The translations under genes were made by a program, and so were the position numbers. From Bacteroidota bacterium (lineage in GTDB: Bacteria > Bacteroidota > Bacteroidia > J057 > JAJTIE01): 64,000 nucleotides of DNA. Shown piece after piece: positions 19,902 through 27,614 of this stretch. Under the pieces are notes generated by a model that was not told the DNA's origin, made no database searches, and saw only the letters and a list, made by a program, of their open reading frames with translations. Location: assembly GCA_019638695.1 (NCBI GenBank), contig JAHBTG010000004.1:3233-67232 (forward strand), read 5' to 3'. Every line of letters starts with the position of its first letter. Position 1 is the stretch's first letter.

Positions 19902-20423
19902 ATGACCCGGTACGTAGCGCTGCTCAGAGGCATCAATGTGGGTGGGAACAAAAAAGTGCCCATGCCGCAGCTGAAGAAAGTAATGCAGGACCTGGGGTAT
20001 GCGGAGGTAAAGACGCTGCTGGCTACCGGCAACATTGTATTTGATGCAGAAAATGCCTCTGCAGATCACCTGGCGGCAGAACTGGAGAAAGCCTTTGGTT
20101 TTGCCATCCCTACCATCTTACTCACGCACCGGCAACTGCAGGAACTGGTAGACAGCCGGCCCTTTGCAAGCGTAACGGTAACGGATCGCATGCACCTGTA
20201 CGTCACCTTCCTGCCCAAACCCACACCAGCGCCCTTTGCCCTCCCCTATTTGTCAGAAGACGGCTCCTTACAGATCTTGCAGGTGACGGATGAAGCTGTA
20301 CTCAGCGTGCTGGATTTAACGATTGCCGGCACGGTAGATGCGTATCTCGTGTGGGAGAAAGCCTTTGGCAAGCAGATCACCACCCGCAACTACAATACGG
20401 TGGTCAAGCTCTGCGCACTATAA
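19902..20423 (+). CDS. DUF1697 family protein
   Basis: MTRYVALLRGINVGGNKKVPMPQLKKVMQDLGY...TGNIVF is the characteristic DUF1697 N-terminus. The ATG at 19902 lies 3 nt after the thiolase stop. The track's longer N-terminal extension lies in another frame over the thiolase 3' end. Confidence 0.8.
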   Translation: MTRYVALLRGINVGGNKKVPMPQLKKVMQDLGYAEVKTLLATGNIVFDAENASADHLAAELEKAFGFAIPTILLTHRQLQELVDSRPFASVTVTDRMHLYVTFLPKPTPAPFALPYLSEDGSLQILQVTDEAVLSVLDLTIAGTVDAYLVWEKAFGKQITTRNYNTVVKLCAL

Positions 20424-21068
20424 AGGCCCGTCCAGCAGATAGAGATCGTAGATATAGCGGATCTTCTCAAATTCCTGCTCCATATCCAGGCCCAGGTCTA
20501 TAAGCTTGCCGGTGCGCACATCAAAGACCCATCCCAGGATCTTGGGATAGCCCGTCTTGGAAAGGCTGCGCTGCACGTGATCTATCTTGATGACGTTATA
20601 ACACTGCTCCAGCACATTCAGCTCCACCAGTTTGTCATATCGCTTCTGGGGATCTTCAATGACATTCAGTTCCTCTTCATGCAGCCGGTATACATCGCGC
20701 AAGGTCTGCAGCCAGCTATTGAGCTGTCCCATATCCGTGGGATTCATGGCTGCCTTAACTCCCCCGCACTCGTAGTGCCCGCATACGACGATGAACTTCA
20801 CCTTCAGTTGCTCCACGGCATACTGCACCACCGCATTCAGGTTATTATCCGTGCTCACCACCAGGTTGGCAATGTTGCGGTGCACAAAAACCTCACCGGG
20901 CTGCATACCCATCAGGTCCTCCGCAGTGGCCCGGCTATCGCTGCAACCGATATACAACACATCCGGCGACTGGCCTTTGGACAGCTTTTCGAAATATTCC
21001 GGATCACCAGACAGCTTTTCGGCTACCCACCGTTTATTATTTTCGAATATTTGACTTACATCCAGCAT
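20418..21068 (-). CDS. beta-class carbonic anhydrase
   Basis: Zinc and active-site motifs CSDSR, HRN and VCGHYECGG; 216 aa; ATG at 21068 verified. Confidence 0.9.
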   Translation of the reverse strand: MLDVSQIFENNKRWVAEKLSGDPEYFEKLSKGQSPDVLYIGCSDSRATAEDLMGMQPGEVFVHRNIANLVVSTDNNLNAVVQYAVEQLKVKFIVVCGHYECGGVKAAMNPTDMGQLNSWLQTLRDVYRLHEEELNVIEDPQKRYDKLVELNVLEQCYNVIKIDHVQRSLSKTGYPKILGWVFDVRTGKLIDLGLDMEQEFEKIRYIYDLYLLDGPL

Positions 21069-21459
21069 AGCGCAATATCAGGTATTAAAAGGTTCGGAAA
21101 CAGCAATTGCCCCGGGAATCACTTCCGGTATCCGGTAAAAGGTTGAGAGCCAGCTAAAGCAAAACCTTGAGGTAGTTTCCTCAACACCGTTAAGGGGTGA
21201 ATAACTGCGAGAGGAAGGCAACCTCTGATTATATATGAAAATGGCCGAAATATCGATTCCAGGTAATTTGATTGCAAATAACGAAAAAGATGCCATCCAG
21301 CATACTTACTGGCTTAAATACTATCCAAAAACGCAGGGAATACTACCCTACAAGTTTACACCCACAGCAGTATGGGCCGCTTGAGCACCAGGCCTTATTT
21401 TTTTCTTGATAAAAAAACAAGCTAAAAATTAAGGCTAGACAGCAAAAGGGGGAGCGTTT

Positions 21460-21483
21460 CCCTCCCAGAGGGAGGGCTTTTTT
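21460..21483 (+). terminator. orphan intrinsic terminator (no upstream plus-strand CDS)
   Basis: CCCTCCC (21460-66) / AGA / GGGAGGG (21470-76), then C and TTTTTT. It is preceded by a long A/T-rich hairpin at 21392-21435. The nearest upstream gene is on the other strand. Confidence 0.5.
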
Positions 21484-21599
21484 CGCACCTGCAAAATCGG
21501 CTGCTCCGTCAGTTGCAAGCAGCAGCAGGCGGTTTGCAGGCATCCGGACTTATATACGGATAGCGCAACATCTTTTGATCTTTCTGCGTATCTTTAAGC

Positions 21600-21851
21600 A
21601 TGGCTATATCTATTGACATAGAATACCAATACCAGATGGATGAGCAGGGCAACCGTAAAGTTGTCATGGAAGAAGTTCAATTCAACAAACTGATGCAGTT
21701 GCTGTCCATTGCACAAGAGGAAGTCTGCATTAAAGAAGGCATTCTCAGCGGACTAAGAGAAGCACATGCCATTCAAAGGGGTAAGCGCAAAGCCGTTCCT
21801 GCCAGAGAGACCCTTGCAAGACTAGCTCAAGAGGTTCGTGAAGAAGCCTGA
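21600..21851 (+). CDS. putative antitoxin (partner of the RelE/ParE-family toxin)
   Basis: 83-aa ORF immediately upstream of, and overlapping by 14 nt, a RelE/ParE-like toxin gene. Size and position are typical of a type II antitoxin. I do not recognise the family. Confidence 0.6.
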   Translation: MAISIDIEYQYQMDEQGNRKVVMEEVQFNKLMQLLSIAQEEVCIKEGILSGLREAHAIQRGKRKAVPARETLARLAQEVREEA

Positions 21852-22197
21852 AATTATTTTCATGCTTTCTTTTGAGAAAAGCGTAAAACCGTTATTAAAA
21901 AAGTATAGGTCGCTTGAAGGAGACCTGCTTTCTCTCATTTCTTCGCTCGAAGAACAACCCGAAAGCGGCACAAACTTAGGCGAGAACATATTTAAGGTTC
22001 GCCTAGCCATCCAAAGCAAAGGAAAAGGAAAAAGTGGTGGTGCGCGAGTTATCACCTACTACGCCAATGAACACCATAAAGTCTTTTTGCTGTATATCTA
22101 CGATAAGTCTGAACAATCAACAGTAACCAAAGAGCAATTAAAGACCTGGGTTCAAGAAGCCATCTGGATTATTGAGCTCGAAACGCCTAATGACTAG
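21838..22197 (+). CDS. type II toxin-antitoxin system RelE/ParE-family toxin
   Basis: FEKSVKPLLKKYRSLEGDL...IFKVRLAIQSKGKGKSGGARVITYY...VFLLYIYDKSEQSTVTKEQL matches the (G)KGKSGG(A/Y)RVI(Y)Y...LLxIYxKxE pattern of this family. The GTG start at 21838 gives the usual N-terminal beta-strand length; an alternative ATG is at 21862. Confidence 0.75.
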   Translation: MKKPEIIFMLSFEKSVKPLLKKYRSLEGDLLSLISSLEEQPESGTNLGENIFKVRLAIQSKGKGKSGGARVITYYANEHHKVFLLYIYDKSEQSTVTKEQLKTWVQEAIWIIELETPND

Positions 22198-23372
22198 TGC
22201 TCCTTGCCAAGAGCCTGCAAAACCCGCTGCTCTAGTTCCGTCAGTTGCAGGCCTCTGCGCGCCATCACCCGCCGTGCGGTCTCCAGCGCTTTATCCAGCC
22301 GGTAGGGCGCCAGACCACCTGCCCCGCCCCAGCTAAAGGCCGGGATATGTTTGGGAGGGAAATCCGCCCCAAATACATTGGCGCATACACCCACCACCGT
22401 ACCCGTATTGAACATGGTATTGATGCCGCTCTTGGCATGATCGCCCATGATCAGGCCACAAAAAAGAAGTCCCGTATCCACGGCTTCGCCGGCAGCGTAG
22501 CTATGTACCTGCACAGTACCATAGTTATTCTTGAGGTTGGAGGTATTGGTATCGGCCCCCAGGTTACACCACTGTCCCAGTACGCTATTCCCCACAAAGC
22601 CGTCATGGCCCTTATTACTATATCCCAAAATTACACTATTACTCAATTCTCCCCCCACCTTGCAGTAGGGACCCAGTGTGCTGTCTCCACGCAACTTGGC
22701 GCCCATATTCACCACGCTGTGCGCTCCTATGGCATGGGCGCCCTGGATGACCGCTCCGGGTTGCACCTCAGCATCCCGGGCCAGGTAGACAGGACCACTC
22801 TCTGCGTCAATGATGGCGGCCCGGATGCGCACTCCCTCTTCCAGGAAGAGGTTGTCCTTGCCATAGACCACGGTATGTGCATCTGTCACAGGCTGTGATT
22901 TGCGGCCTGCCACCTTTTCCTCAAAATCCTGGAGCAGCACGGCCCTGTTGAGGCGAAAGATATCCCAGGGGGCCTGCAACAGAAAGCGCGGAGCATAGGT
23001 ACTCATCCGTACGTCCCCCGGCGGCTCATCCGAACAGGCAACGGGGGCGGCTGTATGCCGGTAGGCCAGCAATCTGCCCTGTGTGTCCTGTAAACCTTCT
23101 CCGGGACCCAGTTCATGCAACGTGCGCAGTAATTCCACATCCGGCGCCAGGGCACCGCAAATAAACAGGCTCTCTGCACCCGGCTGCCAGGTACTGTAGC
23201 CGGCAAGGTGGCCGTAGCTATGAATAGCAGGATGACGTCCCAGGTGCCGGGCCCATTTTTCCAGCAGGGTATCTATCCCCACACGCAGAAAGGCACAGGG
23301 ACGTGTGTCCGTAAGCGGACGCAACGCATGCCACAGCCCGGTATCGAGCAAAACGTACTGCATAAGCGACAT
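22194..23372 (-). CDS. GlmU-like putative sugar-phosphate nucleotidyltransferase with left-handed beta-helix
   Basis: N-terminus LLDTGLWHALRPLTDTRPCAFLRVGIDTLLEKWARHLG resembles the Bacteroidota 'GlmU family protein' (LLPxTxTRPVAxxRVGIxTxxEKW). The C-terminal half carries hexapeptide-repeat-like segments (GAHSVVNMGAKLRGDSTLGPYCKVGGELSNSVILGYSNKGHDGFVGNSVLG). Confidence 0.8.
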   Translation of the reverse strand: MSLMQYVLLDTGLWHALRPLTDTRPCAFLRVGIDTLLEKWARHLGRHPAIHSYGHLAGYSTWQPGAESLFICGALAPDVELLRTLHELGPGEGLQDTQGRLLAYRHTAAPVACSDEPPGDVRMSTYAPRFLLQAPWDIFRLNRAVLLQDFEEKVAGRKSQPVTDAHTVVYGKDNLFLEEGVRIRAAIIDAESGPVYLARDAEVQPGAVIQGAHAIGAHSVVNMGAKLRGDSTLGPYCKVGGELSNSVILGYSNKGHDGFVGNSVLGQWCNLGADTNTSNLKNNYGTVQVHSYAAGEAVDTGLLFCGLIMGDHAKSGINTMFNTGTVVGVCANVFGADFPPKHIPAFSWGGAGGLAPYRLDKALETARRVMARRGLQLTELEQRVLQALGKEH

Positions 23373-23395
23373 TGCCTGGGAAGGAAGTTATATCC

Positions 23396-24766
23396 TTAGC
23401 GCGCTACCTGCTGCACCTGCTCCACCTCGGCACGGAAAACGTTACCGCGCTCCTCGTAGCTTTCAAAGAGGTCAAAGCTGGCACAGGCGGGGGAGAGCAG
23501 GACAGCATCGCCGCTATTGGCCAGTTCGCCGGCCATGCGCACGGCTGCGGCCATGTCTTCGGCATGCGCCATCTGCTTCACCGCACCCCGGAAAGCGTCC
23601 TGGATCTTGGCGATGTCTTTGCCCAGCATCACTACGGCTTTGACTTTCTGCTTTACCAGGGGCAGGATCATACCGTAGTCATTGCCTTTGTCTACGCCGC
23701 CGACAATCCACACTACGGGCTTGTGCATGCTTTCCAGTGCAAACCATACGGCATTGACATTGGTGGCCTTGCTGTCGTTGATGTACTCCACGCCGTTGAC
23801 GGTGCGCACGGGTTCCAGGCGGTGCTCCATGCTTTCGAACTCCTCCAGGCTCTGGCGGATGTTCTCTTTGCGGATGTCTACCAGGCGGCCCACCACGGCA
23901 GCAGCCATGGCATTGTGCAGGTTGTGGTTGCCCTTGAGCTTGAGGGCATCCAGCGGCAGCTTCTCTTTCTTGGCAGAAACAGCCAGCTTTTTGTTGAGAT
24001 GAATCATAATAGAGTGGTTTTGGATATATACTTGGGAATCGGGTTTTTCGGTGAGGCTGAAGGGTACCAGCGTGGAACGGAAACGGTGGTTAGCCATCTC
24101 CTCGAGCAGCAACGGGCTGTCTGCACAGTAAACAAAATAATCTTCCGGCCCCTGGTTCATGGCAATGCGGAACTTGCTGGCCGCATAGCGGCGGATATCT
24201 CCGCCATAGCGGTTGAGGTGGTTCTCATAGATATTGAGCAATACCGCGATGTGGGGGCGGAAATACACGATGTGGTCCAGCTGAAAGCTGCTGACCTCCA
24301 CCACATACCAGTCATGCGGTTCCTCCGCCACCATACGGGCAAAGCTGCGGCCTATATTGCCGCACAGGCCGGCATCCAGGCCGCCGTCGCGCAGGATCCG
24401 GTGCGTAAGGGTGGTGGTGGTGGTTTTGCCATTGCTGCCCGTGATGGCAACAATAGGAGCGGAAGTATGCCTGCCGGCAAATTCCAGTTCAGAGATCAGG
24501 GGAATTCCTTTCTGAAGCACGGCCTGTGCTACAGGGGCTTCCGTGGGGATGCCCGGACTGATGACCACCAGGTCTGCCTCCAGGATGCGCGGCATCGTGT
24601 GAGAGCCGGTCTCATAAGGCACGCCCAGGTGCTCCAGGTCTTCGAGAAAGCGGGGCTTGGGCTGCCCGCCGTCCGAGACGAACACCTCCATGCCCAGCGC
24701 CTTAGCCAGCACTGCCGCACCTATACCGCTCTCCTGGGCACCTAATATGGATATGCGCTGGTTCAT
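23396..24766 (-). CDS. murD: UDP-N-acetylmuramoylalanine--D-glutamate ligase
   Basis: ILGAQESGIGAAVLAKALGMEVFVSD N-terminal Rossmann region; Mur ligase P-loop ITGSNGKTTTT; position after mraY; 4-nt overlap with mraY. Confidence 0.93.
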   Translation of the reverse strand: MNQRISILGAQESGIGAAVLAKALGMEVFVSDGGQPKPRFLEDLEHLGVPYETGSHTMPRILEADLVVISPGIPTEAPVAQAVLQKGIPLISELEFAGRHTSAPIVAITGSNGKTTTTTLTHRILRDGGLDAGLCGNIGRSFARMVAEEPHDWYVVEVSSFQLDHIVYFRPHIAVLLNIYENHLNRYGGDIRRYAASKFRIAMNQGPEDYFVYCADSPLLLEEMANHRFRSTLVPFSLTEKPDSQVYIQNHSIMIHLNKKLAVSAKKEKLPLDALKLKGNHNLHNAMAAAVVGRLVDIRKENIRQSLEEFESMEHRLEPVRTVNGVEYINDSKATNVNAVWFALESMHKPVVWIVGGVDKGNDYGMILPLVKQKVKAVVMLGKDIAKIQDAFRGAVKQMAHAEDMAAAVRMAGELANSGDAVLLSPACASFDLFESYEERGNVFRAEVEQVQQVAR

Positions 24767-26145
24767 CGGAGTTTGAGGGTGGCAAAGGCCAGTATGGCCA
24801 GTAAAACGGTGATGATCCAGAAGCGGGACACGATCTTGGACTCGTGCCAGCCCTGCAGTTCATAGTGGTGATGCAGGGGCGCCATCCGGAAGATGCGGCG
24901 GCCCTCGCCATATTTGCGCTTGGTGTATTTGAAATAGCTTACCTGAATGATCACGGAAAGTGATTCGATAAAATATACCCCGCAAATGATGGGAAGCAGG
25001 AGTTCCTTTTTGGTCATCAGGGCCAGTACGCCTACTGCTCCGCCCAGGGCCAGGCTGCCGGTGTCTCCCATAAAGATCTGGGCCGGGTAGGTATTGTACC
25101 AGAGGAACCCGATGCAGGCACCTATCAATGCCGCGCAGAAGACAAAGAGCTCCCCGCTAAGGGGTATGTAGCTGATATTGAGGTAATCGGCAAAAATGGC
25201 ATTGCCGGAGATATAGGCAAAGATGCCGAACACCACCGCTACGATGGCGGTAGTGCCCGCCGCCAGGCCATCCAGGCCATCCGTGATGTTTACCCCGTTA
25301 GAGACCGCAGTGACAATAAAGATGACGACGAAGATGTACAGCAGCTTGCTCAGGAAATTCTCCCCACCGGTCAGCAGGGCATAGTTGAACACCAGGTCTT
25401 TGAAGAAAGGAATATCCGTCTGGGTAACAAAAGCAAAGTCCTGCCTGCCGAACAGGCGTTCGGCCACTCCTGCACGGCTGTCCTCGGGTATCTGCACGGT
25501 GATGCGTTCCTTGTTGCGTACCAGCACATATTCCTCACAGGGTTGCGGGTCTGTACGTTGCTGGTCCAGGCTGCGGTTGCAGGCTGAGACAATGCGGTCC
25601 CCGGCATGAAAGCCATAGGCTTCCAGGTATTTGCTGGAACGCACTTCTCCATTGGCCTTTACCCGCGGATTATCTCCCCTGAACTGCGGATGATAGACCA
25701 TGGCAAGCCCCACAATGAGCCCCAGTCCCACCTGGCCGATGATCTTGAACTTGCCCTTGAGGCCGGATTTATTGTTGCGAAACACCTTGATGTAATCATC
25801 CAGGAATCCGATAAGCCCCATCCAGAGCGTGGCCACAATGATCAGGAGCACATAGGCATTGGTCAGATCTCCCAGCAGGAGGGTGGGCACCAGGCAAGCC
25901 AGCAGGATGATCAGCCCCCCCATGGTGGGCGTACCGGCTTTGGCCTTGTGCGTGGCAGGCCCCAGTTCCCGGATGCGCTCCCCCATCTTGCGGCTTTTGA
26001 GCCACAGGATGATACGGCGCCCTATGAATATGCTGATGACCAGCGACAATACCGCTGCCAAAGCCGCCCGGAACGACAGGTACTGGAATACCCCTATCCC
26101 GGGGATATCCTGTTGCCGGAGCCAATCGGTAAGTGCGTATAGCAT
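24763..26145 (-). CDS. mraY: phospho-N-acetylmuramoyl-pentapeptide transferase (with an enlarged internal insert)
   Basis: FLDDYIKV, NGVNITDGLDGLA, MGDTGSLALGG and APLHHHYE motifs. 460 aa, with an insert of about 95 aa at residues 153-248. Confidence 0.95.
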   Translation of the reverse strand: MLYALTDWLRQQDIPGIGVFQYLSFRAALAAVLSLVISIFIGRRIILWLKSRKMGERIRELGPATHKAKAGTPTMGGLIILLACLVPTLLLGDLTNAYVLLIIVATLWMGLIGFLDDYIKVFRNNKSGLKGKFKIIGQVGLGLIVGLAMVYHPQFRGDNPRVKANGEVRSSKYLEAYGFHAGDRIVSACNRSLDQQRTDPQPCEEYVLVRNKERITVQIPEDSRAGVAERLFGRQDFAFVTQTDIPFFKDLVFNYALLTGGENFLSKLLYIFVVIFIVTAVSNGVNITDGLDGLAAGTTAIVAVVFGIFAYISGNAIFADYLNISYIPLSGELFVFCAALIGACIGFLWYNTYPAQIFMGDTGSLALGGAVGVLALMTKKELLLPIICGVYFIESLSVIIQVSYFKYTKRKYGEGRRIFRMAPLHHHYELQGWHESKIVSRFWIITVLLAILAFATLKLR

Positions 26146-26156
26146 AGTAGTAGGGT

Positions 26157-27614
26157 TTAGCCGGGTAGTTGGAATGCGTTGCGGATCTCTTCGGTATCAT
26201 CAAAAGGGAGGCGCTGGCCCTTGATCTCCTGGTAAGCCTCATGCCCCTTGCCGGCTACCAGCAGAATATCTCCCGGCTGCACCATGCGGCTGGCAGCCTG
26301 TATGGCCTCGCGGCGATCTGTAATGACGGTTACCCGGCGGGCATGGCTGACCGGCACGCCCGCCAGCATTTCATCCAGTATGGCGCGGGGGTCTTCCTCA
26401 CGGGGGTTGTCCGAGGTGAGCACCACCAGGTCTGACAACTGCGCCGCAATGGCGGCCATCAGCGGGCGTTTCTCCCGGTCACGGTTACCTCCGCAGCCCA
26501 CCACCGTGAGAATGCGGCCGCCCTGGCGCATCTCGGCAATTGTAGACAAGGTGCTTTTGAGGGCATCGGGCGTATGCGCATAGTCTACTACGGCAGTGAT
26601 CCTGTCGGAAAAGGCCAGTGTCTGGAACCGCCCGGCTACCGGCAACAGCTGGCTGGCATGTAACAGCACTTCCTCCGCAGGAAGCTCCAGCTCCAGCATG
26701 CAGGCCACTGTAGCCAGCACATTGGCGGCATTGAATCTCCCCATAAGACGGAAACCCACCTGCTGCCCCAGCATATCCAGCAGCAACCCGTGAAAGGTGT
26801 TCTCAAGGATACGCGCCTGGTAGTCGGCCGGGTTCCGGATGCCATAGGTACGCAGGCGGGCCCTGGTGTTCTGCACCATCACCTTACCATGTTTGTCGTC
26901 CGTATTGATGAGGGCAAAAGCACCGGCAGGCAACTCATCAAACAGTGTTTTCTTGGCCTTCAGGTAACCATCGAAGGTGCCGTGGTAATCCAGGTGGTCA
27001 TGTGTGAGATTAGTGAAGATAGCCCCGGCAAAAGGGATCCCATGCACCCTGTGCTGCGCCAGGGCATGGCTGCTGACCTCCATAAAAACATATTGGCAAC
27101 CCTGGGCCACCATCTGAGCAAAGTAGTTATGGAGCTGGCGGGCATCCGGGGTGGTGTGCGTGGCCGGAAATACCTGCTGCCCGATGCGCACATGCAACGT
27201 ACCCAGCAGCGCCGCCGGATACCCCATCCGCATGGCCAGCTGATAGAGCAGGCTGGTAATGGTGGATTTGCCATTGGTACCGGTAACGCCTATTATTGTA
27301 AGTTCCTGGGCCGGATTCCCATAAAAGTTGGCAGCTATATGTGCCAGGGCAATGTCTGCATCCTTGACGAGCACCCAGGTAACGGATTCATCAAGGGCAT
27401 CCGGAAGCTGCTCTGTCACTACGATACGAGCGCCATTGCGCAAGGCATCGGGCACAAAGGCATTGCCATCTGCACGGGTGCCTTTCTGCGCCACAAACAG
27501 GGCACCGGGAGTGATATACCTGCTATCGAAATGAAAATCCGGCACGGGCACATCCGCCTGTCCGCTCAGCTGCAACAGCGGCACACGGTAGAGTATGTCG
27601 GTCAGGCGCTTCAC
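26157..27614 (-). CDS. murE: UDP-N-acetylmuramoyl-L-alanyl-D-glutamate--2,6-diaminopimelate ligase
   Basis: Mur ligase P-loop GVTGTNGKSTI; DNPR motif (TSDNPREEDP); GTG start at 27614 overlapping the ftsI stop (GTGA). Confidence 0.93.
   Translation of the reverse strand: MKRLTDILYRVPLLQLSGQADVPVPDFHFDSRYITPGALFVAQKGTRADGNAFVPDALRNGARIVVTEQLPDALDESVTWVLVKDADIALAHIAANFYGNPAQELTIIGVTGTNGKSTITSLLYQLAMRMGYPAALLGTLHVRIGQQVFPATHTTPDARQLHNYFAQMVAQGCQYVFMEVSSHALAQHRVHGIPFAGAIFTNLTHDHLDYHGTFDGYLKAKKTLFDELPAGAFALINTDDKHGKVMVQNTRARLRTYGIRNPADYQARILENTFHGLLLDMLGQQVGFRLMGRFNAANVLATVACMLELELPAEEVLLHASQLLPVAGRFQTLAFSDRITAVVDYAHTPDALKSTLSTIAEMRQGGRILTVVGCGGNRDREKRPLMAAIAAQLSDLVVLTSDNPREEDPRAILDEMLAGVPVSHARRVTVITDRREAIQAASRMVQPGDILLVAGKGHEAYQEIKGQRLPFDDTEEIRNAFQLPG

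Noticed and set aside
20418-20423. Convergent genes with overlapping stop codons: DUF1697/carbonic anhydrase at CTATAA, and toxin/GlmU-like at CTAG (22194-22197).
   Set aside because: The overlaps are real in the sequence, but they are a common consequence of compact genomes and nothing further suggests a function. They are noted only as an absence of terminators at these junctions.
21078-21543. 72-aa and 66-aa minus-strand ORFs in the gene-free region.
   Set aside because: They have no signal or domain features and odd composition. One spans the plus-strand terminator hairpin. I treat the region as non-coding (see the finding at 21069-21599).
23372-24745. 457-aa plus-strand ORF exactly mirroring murD; likewise 25606..26142 and 25859..26224 (over mraY), 26790..27638 (over murE) and 28817..29509 (over ftsI).
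   Set aside because: The minus-strand translations carry unambiguous Mur ligase, MraY and PBP motifs. The mirror ORFs have no motifs and a typical antisense composition.
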